From assembly GCA_020057115.1 (NCBI GenBank), contig JAGVGJ010000039.1, positions 52,806 through 116,805 of the forward strand: a DNA stretch of 64,000 nucleotides, given 5' to 3'. The notes beneath the pieces are model-generated. The model had not been told where the DNA came from, did no database searches, and saw only the letters and a list, made by a program, of their open reading frames with translations. The position numbers and the translations under genes are program-made. The stretch is from Candidatus Omnitrophota bacterium (GTDB lineage: Bacteria; Omnitrophota; Gorgyraeia; 2-01-FULL-45-10). Shown here in pieces: positions 37,443 to 47,700 of this stretch; the stretch's first letter is position 1; each line of letters starts with the position of its first letter.

Positions 37443-38564
37443 ATGATGCGTAAGCTTACAGCGTTTTTACTTGTTTTACTTTTTGCCTCTTCCGTATCTT
37501 TTGCCGAATTAGCCGAGAAAGAGATCGTGGCGGAGGGAACAGCCCGCGCAGGCTCGGCTCAGTCGAAAGAGGCCGCGCTGAACCGAGCGCTCCGTAACGC
37601 CGTCGAACAGGCGGTCGGCACCATAATAGACTCCGAGACTATGGTGGAGAATTTTCAGCTATTGGATGACAAGATATATTCCGAGACGAAAGGATATGTC
37701 AAGAGTTATGAGATACTGTCGGACAATGGCGGGGAGGGGAGCGTCTACACCGTAAAGGTGAAGGCTGTCGTCGCGCTGGGGGCGCTCGGACAGAGCATCA
37801 AGGGCCTCGGCATAATACGCGAGAAGATGAATTATCCCAGGGTGATGGTGCTGGTGGGAGATTATGTCGACGGAGTCGAGCAGGCCAGCCATGTGATCGG
37901 CACCGAGATCGAAAAGGTCTTTATGGAGAGCAAATTCCCCATCGTCTCCAAGAACCAGATGGAGATGATAAAGGAGCGGGATGCGACGCTGTCTTACGCT
38001 GATCCGGCGAAAGCGGCTGCTCTGGGAAGGCGTTACGGCGCCGAGGTCGTCATAGTCGGGCAGGGTTCGTCAAGCCTTATGGATACCAGCACGCCTTACG
38101 GCGTGAGCGTATTCGCATATCAGGCGCATGTGGAAGTTAAGGCCGTAAAGACCGACAACGCGCAGATCCTGGCCGTAGATAGCCTGAACCAGACCGCCCG
38201 TGCCAACGGTAGGGTGCCGGCAGCGAATAAAGCGCTTGCCGATGCGGCGCAGTCTGTCTCGAAGAACATAATGGCGAAGATAGTGGAGGCATGGAGAAGC
38301 GAGGTATATAATGAGACATCGGTCGAGATCATATGCGACAATGCCGATGTTGCAAAGTCCTCGGCCATGAAGAAGGCGCTCGGCGCCATAAACGAAGTCA
38401 AAGGAGTGAGCGAGCGGTCACTCGTCGGCAGCACGCTCGAACTGGACGTGAGGTTCTTCGGAACGCCAGACCAGCTTGCGACCATACTTTCGGAACTTAA
38501 AGAGCCGGCCGTAAAGATAATATCCAAAACGCCGAGCAGGATAGATATCAGGTTTATAGATTAA
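37443..38564 (+). CDS. Secreted protein with an N-terminal LPP20-like domain and a ~250-aa C-terminal domain of unknown function
   Basis: Signal peptide, then EGTARAGSAQSKEAALNRALRNAVEQAVGTIIDSETMVENFQ...GSVYTVKVKAVV. Confidence 0.5.
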   Translation: MMRKLTAFLLVLLFASSVSFAELAEKEIVAEGTARAGSAQSKEAALNRALRNAVEQAVGTIIDSETMVENFQLLDDKIYSETKGYVKSYEILSDNGGEGSVYTVKVKAVVALGALGQSIKGLGIIREKMNYPRVMVLVGDYVDGVEQASHVIGTEIEKVFMESKFPIVSKNQMEMIKERDATLSYADPAKAAALGRRYGAEVVIVGQGSSSLMDTSTPYGVSVFAYQAHVEVKAVKTDNAQILAVDSLNQTARANGRVPAANKALADAAQSVSKNIMAKIVEAWRSEVYNETSVEIICDNADVAKSSAMKKALGAINEVKGVSERSLVGSTLELDVRFFGTPDQLATILSELKEPAVKIISKTPSRIDIRFID

Positions 38565-38580
38565 AACGGAGGAGGAGTGT

Positions 38581-39528
38581 ATGAATAAGAAGTTTTTTAT
38601 CATGACATGCGCGCTATGCTGCGTGTTATGCCTGCTGCCTTTAGATTCTTACGCAAGATCGAAAAATGAGCAGGTTGAGGAGATGTCGGCTTTAAAAGGG
38701 CCGAAAAAGACGATAGCCGTCATGGAATTCGAGAACAAGGCCGGAGCGGATTCGCAATGGCAGCTGGGCACGGGCATGGCCGAGATGCTTACAACAGCGC
38801 TTGTCAATACGGGCAGGTTCATAGTCGTTGAGCGCCAGGCAGTCACGGATGTCCTGAAAGAACAGGATTTCGGAGCGAGCGGCAGGACGACGGAAGTTGG
38901 CGCGGCAAAGATAGGCAAGATATTGAATTCGCAGATACTTGTAAGAGGGGCCATAACGGAATTCAGCAATCAAACATCCGGCGGGGATTCCGGCATAGGA
39001 TATATGGGCGTATCGCTCGGCATGTCCAGCTCGAAAGCCCACGTAGCCGTCAATATACGCATATTCGACTCGGTTACCGGAGAAGTGCTCGACTCGATGC
39101 GCTGCGCAGGCACTGCTAAGTCGAGCGGGGCATCCGTCGGTTATTCGGGTATTGTGAATGTCGGCGGCAGCGGGTTCGCCAAGACCCCGCTCGGAAAGGC
39201 CACCCAGCAAGCCATAGATGAAGCCGTCGCTTTCATTACGGCTAAGATGAACAATGTCCCCTGGTCAGGGAAGGTAGTTTCCGTAAAAGGGGATATCGTA
39301 TTCATCAATGCCGGACAGAACTCGAATGTAAATCCCGGGGACGAATTCACCGTTTATAAGAAGGGCGAGGATATGCTGGATCCTGATACCGGCGCCAGCC
39401 TGGGGTGTGAGATCAAGAAGGCCGGTCGCATACAGATAACGAGCGTGGAAGAGAAATTCTCAAAGGCTAAAGCCGCAGCAGGATCTGCCGCCTCTTTTGC
39501 TACAGGAGATATCATAAAGCTGGATTAA
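38581..39528 (+). CDS. CsgG-family (curli production assembly/transport component-like) lipoprotein
   Basis: Lipoprotein signal (LCCVLCL), TIAVMEFENKAG and SQILVRGAITEF motifs typical of CsgG-like proteins. Confidence 0.7.
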   Translation: MNKKFFIMTCALCCVLCLLPLDSYARSKNEQVEEMSALKGPKKTIAVMEFENKAGADSQWQLGTGMAEMLTTALVNTGRFIVVERQAVTDVLKEQDFGASGRTTEVGAAKIGKILNSQILVRGAITEFSNQTSGGDSGIGYMGVSLGMSSSKAHVAVNIRIFDSVTGEVLDSMRCAGTAKSSGASVGYSGIVNVGGSGFAKTPLGKATQQAIDEAVAFITAKMNNVPWSGKVVSVKGDIVFINAGQNSNVNPGDEFTVYKKGEDMLDPDTGASLGCEIKKAGRIQITSVEEKFSKAKAAAGSAASFATGDIIKLD

Positions 39529-39534
39529 CCGGAT

Positions 39535-40572
39535 CTAGCGCAGGAATTCATCAAAGTCGGCCGGTGTCAGTATCTCCGCTCCCGGGATGCAGTCAGACCC
39601 GAAGATATTCCCGGCGAGCGGGGTAAGGTCCTCTTTTACGCGCGCTCCCGCAGTCTCCATAGTTACGCGCACCGAACCGTCGGAAAAATATTGCGAACTG
39701 GTTTCTCTGGCCCCGCGCACGATCCCCTGGACGGTCGTGCGTATAGTGTCATCCTTCACCGCGAAGTTCTCGACCGTCGTACTGGAGTCTATCACGACCC
39801 CGTATATCTTTTCTGCAAGTTTTCTGTAACAATCGGTCACAGCCGCGCGTTTTGTCGTTACGCGCGCAAGGGCGCCGAACTTTTTGCCGTATTCGTCATC
39901 CGTCATCTCGACCGGAGGCCCTGAAGACGCCGCGCTCACGACCTCTTTTTCCAATATGGCTTTTGAGAGGATCCCGGAGCCCCTTGCGGTTATTATAGCC
40001 TTATCCCACGGCGAGATCTCGCGCTCCTCGCACTCTTTTATCAGGACATACTTATTTGCCTCATCCTTGCTCCGCAGGTCTACGGAGCTCTCCAGGACAC
40101 GGACCGCCGTAACAGGCCTGTCTTTTAAGACGAGCACCTCGTATTTCGTTCCGCGGGCGCCGGTCGTGCCTTGAGGCGTTTTGACGGTGAAGTCGGACTT
40201 TCCGGCTAATGACTTCAATTTTATCAGCAGGTCTCCATGGGACATCGACAGCTCGATCAGCTTGACCATGGACGCGAACGTCACCTCGGAGTTCTCGTTT
40301 ATCTTTACGCTCGATGCGCCGAAACTTATTTCGCACGAGCCGCCGCCCTGGGTCCTTACTATATCATTGGCCCGGATCGTACAAGGGATCGTCATATCCT
40401 GCCAGGAGTTCTTCTCGGCGCTGAATATAGCAACAGGCCCTTGGGCCTTCACCGCTGTGAGGACATAAGTTTCCTGGTCCGTATCCGAGGCAGATACGCG
40501 CAAAACAGCCGCCGCCAGGAATAGGGACGCCAGAAGCAGTATCTTACTAATACGCATATACATATGCATCAT
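39535..40572 (-). CDS. Secreted protein with an N-terminal FecR-like beta-sandwich region and a C-terminal LPP20-like domain
   Basis: Signal peptide, then VRTQGGGSCEISFGASSVKINENSEVTF (FecR-like). The C-terminus carries KRAAVTDCYRKLAEKIYGVVIDSSTTVENF...GSVRVTMET. Confidence 0.55.
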   Translation of the reverse strand: MMHMYMRISKILLLASLFLAAAVLRVSASDTDQETYVLTAVKAQGPVAIFSAEKNSWQDMTIPCTIRANDIVRTQGGGSCEISFGASSVKINENSEVTFASMVKLIELSMSHGDLLIKLKSLAGKSDFTVKTPQGTTGARGTKYEVLVLKDRPVTAVRVLESSVDLRSKDEANKYVLIKECEEREISPWDKAIITARGSGILSKAILEKEVVSAASSGPPVEMTDDEYGKKFGALARVTTKRAAVTDCYRKLAEKIYGVVIDSSTTVENFAVKDDTIRTTVQGIVRGARETSSQYFSDGSVRVTMETAGARVKEDLTPLAGNIFGSDCIPGAEILTPADFDEFLR

Positions 40573-41530
40573 CCTGGTATCTGTAGTTCCCCAGACATTG
40601 ATTAGCCCACCCGGATACCTGTACTGGCGTCAGCGGCCGCCAGAACCCGAATCCCAGGCCGAAGCCGGTGCCGTAGAAGCGCGAATAGCCAGGGTAGTCG
40701 TAGTAATTCCTGAAGGCTGTGTAATACTGCTGGTCCTTTTTATCCTTCTTCTCGATCGCGGCGAGGTATTCGCGTTTACTCTTTATGTCGCTATCGGCCG
40801 ACGCGAGCATGGCCTTCTGGGTTTCCACGCTTACCTTATCGGGGCCGGCAATGCTTTCGCCGTATGGCGTCCAGCCGGGAGGCGGGGGAGCGGTTGGCTT
40901 TCCTGAGCCGCCGAACTTCTTGGCCATATCCACGCACTCTTTATTTATGTCCGGGAACCCAAGTTCTTTAGCGGTCTCACCCAGGGTCAACGCGGCCATT
41001 TCACTGCTCGTGCCCTTAACTAGCTCCTTCGCCGATGTTAGCGCTTTTTTAGCAGCCTGCTTCTCGCCAATATTTGAGTATATCTTGGCTATCTCTATAA
41101 GACCGCGCCAATCCTTAGCGGCTAATGTCAGGGGCAGTGCTTTTGCAAGAGAAGAAGACGCATTCTTCTTAGGACCCAGCTTCTCAGGAAGGACCATGTA
41201 ACCATATGCTACCGAGACAAGTCCCCTCCAGTCCTTCTGCGAACTTGCCAGGGCGCGAGCCTCGTTAAAAGGACCTGCGGCATCCTCAGGTCTTCCCAGG
41301 GCTGAAAATGCATTCCCGGCGTCCACGAATCCTTTCCAGCTTGAGCATTTTTTGGCATATTCGAGGCTCTTCGTAAAGTTGCCCAGAGCCCCGTCAATAT
41401 CGTTTTTGCTGGCGGCGAGATATCCGCGGCCCAGCTCATTTTCCATCTTGTCGGAATCGGTATCTTTGGCGATAGCAGGTTGAACAAATAGGAATATTAC
41501 GGCAAGGATAATGATGAAATTTTTTGGCAT
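40547..41530 (-). CDS. Secreted TPR/SEL1-like repeat protein with a Gly/Tyr-rich C-terminus
   Basis: The likely start is MPKNFIIILAV. Repeated W(K/R)GL...A..Y...G helical repeats. C-terminal YGTGFGLGFGFW. Confidence 0.5.
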   Translation of the reverse strand: MPKNFIIILAVIFLFVQPAIAKDTDSDKMENELGRGYLAASKNDIDGALGNFTKSLEYAKKCSSWKGFVDAGNAFSALGRPEDAAGPFNEARALASSQKDWRGLVSVAYGYMVLPEKLGPKKNASSSLAKALPLTLAAKDWRGLIEIAKIYSNIGEKQAAKKALTSAKELVKGTSSEMAALTLGETAKELGFPDINKECVDMAKKFGGSGKPTAPPPPGWTPYGESIAGPDKVSVETQKAMLASADSDIKSKREYLAAIEKKDKKDQQYYTAFRNYYDYPGYSRFYGTGFGLGFGFWRPLTPVQVSGWANQCLGNYRYQDDAYVYAY

Positions 41531-41663
41531 AGTGCCCTCCCTTTTTAATATAAATGACATAGATAAAGGCGTTTGTCAACGATTTATTGTAGCAGCATAA
41601 ACCTGATATTTGAATAATTTACATTATTAAAGGTTAAGGAAAAAAAAGGAAGATAAATTTTTA

Positions 41664-41691
41664 TTGACTTAACTATCACTTGTGATATAAT
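41664..41691 (+). promoter_or_regulatory. Strong sigma70-like promoter with an extended -10, driving the giant gene
   Basis: ttgact (41664-41669), a 16-nt spacer, then TGaTATAAT (41683-41691). The promoter lies in an AT-rich divergent region. Confidence 0.5.
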
Positions 41692-41734
41692 TGATTATCA
41701 AATTACAAAAATATAGAAGAGGCTATCCTTAAGA

Positions 41735-44700
41735 ATGCGAAACACTATTTGGTTCAAAACAATCTGCATGCTTTTGGCGGCGGCGTTTTTGTCTTTAGAT
41801 GTCGCCTGGGCATACCCGCCTGACCGGATGGAGCCTTCCAGGCATAACCTTGCGCCAGAGTCGATATTCGGCGAGAGAGTGATGACTGATGGCACCAGGG
41901 CGCGCAAGGCCGATCTGCTCAAAGAGGAGGAATTAGCCGGATGCGTGATGAGCGTAGCCGTCCTCTTGTTCCGCGACCGCACGCCCGTAACTCGCCTGGA
42001 AACTACGCTTAGCCCCGAGTTTAAGAAGTCCATTGACGGCATAGACCTTTCGAAAGTCACTGCAGCTACCATAAAAGACAATAAGCTTGATCTCATCCCT
42101 CTGGAAGATGACAGGCTGATACCCAAAGACCAGATAGCGGGCATCCCCTACAAGAAAGACGGTAAATATTATTATATTCAAATAACGCCAAAAGGCAGCC
42201 CTGTCGCAGGGCGGCTTATCGGAAAGGCGTGGCCTATATCAGATATGTATGAGATAAGCGTATATGCCCCTGACGCATTGGTCACTATGCCTGTCAGGAG
42301 CACTGACGCCGGTATTGTGGAAACCGCAGAAGAGGTCGCGAGATCTCCGGAAGCTGTTATTCCGCCATCCATGGCTCCTCCGAGCGCGCCTACCGTTAAG
42401 ATGCCGGAAGCCTCCAGAAATCCGCCAGGCACTACATCATACTCGTTCACTTTCCCGGCCGCGCTGGCATTCTTGGTCCCGATCTTTGAAACAGCCAAAA
42501 ATTTTATAGCGGAGCATCCTTTCATTTCGGCTGGGGCCGGAATTGCCGCAGGAGCTGTTGTAGGGATGCTCGCATATCGTAAATTTTTGCGCATGAAAAG
42601 ATTCGCCGCCGGATCCTTCAGTAATGAAAAAGAGGCCGCTCTTACGCAGATATTTGATGACCTCGCGGATGTGGAAGATAAGACAAACAATGTAACAGGA
42701 GACAAAAAGAGAGTAGAGGCAAAAGAAAAAACAGCCGTTGTCATCGGAGCCGGGAGGATAGGACGCGGCCTGATAGGCAAGCTCCTCAATGATTCCGGTT
42801 ACAAAATAACATTTGTCAACAGGAGCTCCGGAATAGTCGATGCTTTAAATAGAGACGGCGGTTATAACCTTCAGATAGTGGGAAATGACGGGAGCGTGAT
42901 ATCCAGGCGCATAGGCAACGTGATCGCCATAGCAAAGTCAGATACAAACGGCGTAACCAATGCTATCTATGATACAGATACGGTGTTCCTCGCCGTATTC
43001 GACCAGGATTTTGATGACGTCTCTTCCGTGATAGCTAAAGGAATAGAGAATAGGCTGGCGGGAGGCGTGAGGCGGCCTATCAACGTCATAGTCGTCTCGA
43101 ACAGGTTCTCCGCGAAACACGTTGTAAGGGATGCCATATTGCGTCATGTCTCGCCCATGATGAGGACCGATGCGGACGCGCTCCTGGGGGTCGTTGATAC
43201 GGCGACATTCGATATAATACCCGGGATCCCGGACTTATTGGCCGAAAAAGACCCGAGCCTGATACAAGTATACAGCGACATGCATCTGTTTGCGGATAAT
43301 AGCGGATTCAGGGGAGAGCTTTTAAGGTTAAAAGGCATCGATATGACCGATAATATCAAGGATATAAAACTCAGGAAGCTATTCGTATATAACGGCGCGC
43401 ACGCGATATGCGCGTACCTCGGGTATCTTAAGAGGTACGAATATATACAGGAGGCGATAAATGATCCGGCCATAAGAGGCGTTGTGGGAGCCGCTTTCGA
43501 AGAGATGAGGGGCCTTTTGGGAGAGTGGCCTGATTATGATGAGTTTACCAGGTTTGTTATCGCAAGACTTGCCGATAAAAGGTTCAATGACAAACTCGAG
43601 AGAGTCGCAAAGGACCCTATAAGAAAACTGTCAAGTTACGACCGTCTCGTAAGCCCGGCTCTATTGGCCATTAAAAATAACAAAACCCCGCACGCTTATG
43701 CCATGGGCATAGCCGCGGCGCTTCTCTATGATGACCCGGCAGACGAAGAGGCCGTAAAGATGCAGGCAAGACTCGCTGAAGAAGGCGGCATTGGCAAGGT
43801 CATAAGCGAGATATGCGGTCTCCGGTCGCAATATAAAGATGAGTTTGTTCTCATCGATCTCATCAGAACGAAGATCGCCATAGCCCGCAGAGAGAAGGCA
43901 AAGGCAGAGCTTGCAAAATCTATGAAGGCCGGAATATTTGATGAAGATAATTATGACAAGGTGGTGCACGTCTTGGGCAAGGTGCCTAAAAATGTCAAGC
44001 TTGTAGTATGGGACTTTGACAATGTCATAGGCAATACGCAGAAGCTCTATGCCGAGGCGACAGCCATAGTCTATTGGAAGATAAGAAAAGGCATCAAAGA
44101 AGCGGACGCTATTCCCGAAGATAATGATCCTGTATATCGGAAAGGAAAAGACCTCTATAACCAATTTTTGGCCGAAGGCCCGGCTACTTTCCGCACCATA
44201 CAGAAAGCTATCGAAGAGGTGAAGTCGGAAAAGGAGCTTGCGTCCGGCCTGCTTCCCGAAGCTGAATATTACAAACAGTTCGAGGCGATAAGAGAGGCCA
44301 TGTTCAGCGTGCTCGACCCATCAGACTTTTTTAATCCCAGGATGAGAGAGCTATTGTGTATCGTAAGGGCGCTCAATCCAGACGTAGAATTTTGCGTGAA
44401 TACGGCTCTTGAAAAGAGTTTCTTTGAGCGGCAGTTCATGAGGCCCGGATTCAGGGGTTACTTCACTTCCGCCAAAGCGCTCAGCGTAGAGCAGAGGAAT
44501 GCCGGGAATATAGAGGAGGCGAAAGCGCGTAATCTGATGGTGCTGCTCCAGGAGAAAGGCGTCAAGCCCGAAGAGACCGTAGTCATAGATGATTCGAGCA
44601 GGTTCATGAATACGGTGAGGATGAGAGCTCCTGATATATTCAGGATAGGGGTCGCCACAGATATCAGGTTCGGCAAGAACCTTATCGATAAGGAAGTCAA

Positions 44701-47700
44701 CGTAGTATTCATGAACATGAAGCCTACGCCGGAAAAATTGATGATGCTTGGCCTTAACAAGAAGCTCCTCGAGAGCAATCAGGACGGCTCAAGCGTAATA
44801 AAGAGCGTAGCCCCCGATGTCTATATGATCAGGTCTGAACCCAAGGTCCAGCACGATCCCGGCGCCATAGATTGGGATATAGAGACCGCGTTCAGCAAGA
44901 AGCACGGGATGCAGCCTGTGAGGAGCGAAACGGCGAGAAAGGTCATGGAGCAGTCGTTCGAAGCGCTCGTCAGAAAAGGCAGCATAAAACCAAATGTCAT
45001 AGTGAACATAAAAGATTTCAGCCCTAATGCGGTCGCTGTCTACATGAGTAAATTGAAGGAGGTCTCGGAATATTATAACGGGAATGTCACTTTCGTGCTG
45101 GTAGTGGAAAACAACATAGAGCGCTTCCGGAACGACATGCCGAGCATGTTCAGCGCGGTGGCTAAAGCGCAGGCTGCTATAAGAGAGGCCGCAAAAGCGA
45201 AGAATGCGGATAGCGAGCATTTCGGGACCGAATACACGATGATGATAGCGGACGGCGGCCGGAAGATGAGGAACATGCCTCTCACGCTGGCGTATCTGTA
45301 CGAAGGCCTTATGCCGTACGAGAAGGACAGGATAAGGCTCCAGGAGGTATTCGTAAGGACCGGGGCGCTTCTCATGCAGATGCCGAAGTGCGGCGTGGAC
45401 GACATGGCGGTCGTCGGCTCCGACAGCGTATTCAACTCGGAGAAGATGGTGACAGCGGAGGGAGGGCCGCTGGCTTCTCTTAGGCAAAGAGCCCTGGTGG
45501 TCCCGGTGGTCCAGTATGATGCCAAAGAAGATATGTCGACAAAGATAGTCCGCGCTGCAGACGCCCAAGACAAGACGCAATATGTCCTTGTCAAGCCAGG
45601 AAAAGAGCTCTTGGATAAATACAGGCTCAAATATAAAGATAGCAGCTATTCGGGCCTCCACTTCCTTGCCATATGGAAGAAGTCCTTCCTCTCAGATTTT
45701 CTTCAGGTCATGCAGGGCGAGAAGATGGATAACGGAGATACGTTCTTAGAGCTCCCGTGCGACATGTTCATGCTCTTCTTCCAGAGCGTATTGATGCCGG
45801 AGGATGAGTGGGCAGCTTTAAGGCCAAGCGGGATATCGGAAAGGGACTGGAAGAAGGCAAGAGAACTTTCGACAAGATGCTTCGGCCAGGACCTGGCCCA
45901 GGTCAGGTTCGTGAAGATGGAGGCGGAAGAAGCCTTTACCGACGAGGGCATCCTTGAGACTTCACTGCCCAGATTCAGCCACCTTATAACGGATGACAGG
46001 AATGTCGTGAAGAAGAGCCCTGATGTGGATTTTGCCAATGCCACGGCCGCCAGCCTTGATCACGTGATCGTAAAAGGCAGCGGCAAAATAGTATTCGGCA
46101 AGAACGTGAAATTGTCGAAGGTCATCATAGAACTTAACGGCGAGGAGCTCAACATACCGGACAACTGGACGATCGTTAACTCATATTTGAGCGGCGATTG
46201 CAAATTTAAAGAGTGCAACTCCTGTGTAGAAAGAGATGCTGCCAAGGCGCCGCGTCCGGGATACATCTTGAACGGGGTCTTTGTCAAAGATGGCAAGCTT
46301 AAGCCTTTGGCCGGCATGACATTCGAAGATGATACGGCATCAACGGTCCTTTACACTATACACGGCGAGCAGATAGTCGTGACCGTATCGATAGATGCAT
46401 CCAAAGCTGAACTCGACAAGATGAGGTTCACCAAGCGCAATCGCAGTCTTATGGGCCTTCAGGTAGATGCAGATATACAGGCCAATATAAGGGCTAAAGA
46501 TGCGATAGAAAAAGCCGTAAGAGAAGAGATACTGTCGATGCCAAAGATATTTCCTCTGTCGAAGGATGCCGTTAGGAAAAGGGTCTCCATAGGAACGAAG
46601 AAGTTCGATAAGCCGGTCGAGTATGCGGAAATAATAAAGACCCTGGAGGATCGCATCAAAAGAGACAGCAAGGGTGAAGATCAATACTGGGTCACTATCG
46701 AAGGCATACAGGGCGCAGGCAAGACATATATGATCAATGAGCTTAAGAGAGTGCTGGAGGCGCGCGGTAAGAACGTGGTAGTGATAGAAGAGGACTGGTA
46801 TCACAGATCGCGTATGGAGCGAGACCACGAGATGGATTCTCTTGATAAGCCCGAGAAAAAAACAAGGATATATCACGCTGAGAACTGGCACAAGTGGGGC
46901 AGATTAAGAGACGACATTAAAGATGTAAAGGATGCAGCTATGTCCGGCAATGAAGTCACATTGACCCTGAAAGATCTGTATAATAGGGATGATGAAGGCC
47001 AGCTGACCAGGGTTGAGAAATTGGCCATAAAACCCGGTACCATATTCATATACTCCGGATTCTACGTATCCGACAAGGGGAAGGTTGATATAGATTCCGA
47101 TCTTTCGATCTATATAGGCATAAATCAGGAAGATTCGCTTATAGTTAAACGCGAAAGAGACAAATGGAGGCCCCGCGGTGAAGTGTGGCAGCTTGACGAT
47201 GTGATATATAGACCGGCTTTCGAGCAATATATAAGCACATATGATCCGGCAGCCTCCTCCGACATAGTGATCAGATTCGATAATATAGATAACCGCAAGA
47301 AGGCGAGCTTTGTAATGCCTCTTACGAAAGCCGAATATAAAGATTATTATGATAATGAAAAGAAAGAGGCGGCCAAGAGAGAGCGCGAGATACAGAAGCA
47401 GGCGAGATCTCAAATAACCGAAAAACTTAAAGATATGATGAGATCCTCCAATAATACCAAGGCCATGTTTGAGGAAGCGGCCAACAGGGTGGTGAGTCTA
47501 TTGCGCAGCGAAAGCATGCTAAAGGGCCCCTCATCCGACCATGAGATCAAAAGACAGATGACTGCGGCCGAGATCAGGGAGAGGGCGGAGAAGATCATAG
47601 TAGCGGCCAAGGCGGCAGATAGATCCAGGCTGCCGCCTGATTTCGGTGAATATGTCGCTCTTCTGAAAGATAATCTGGAGCGCCTTGAGCCAGATGCCAT

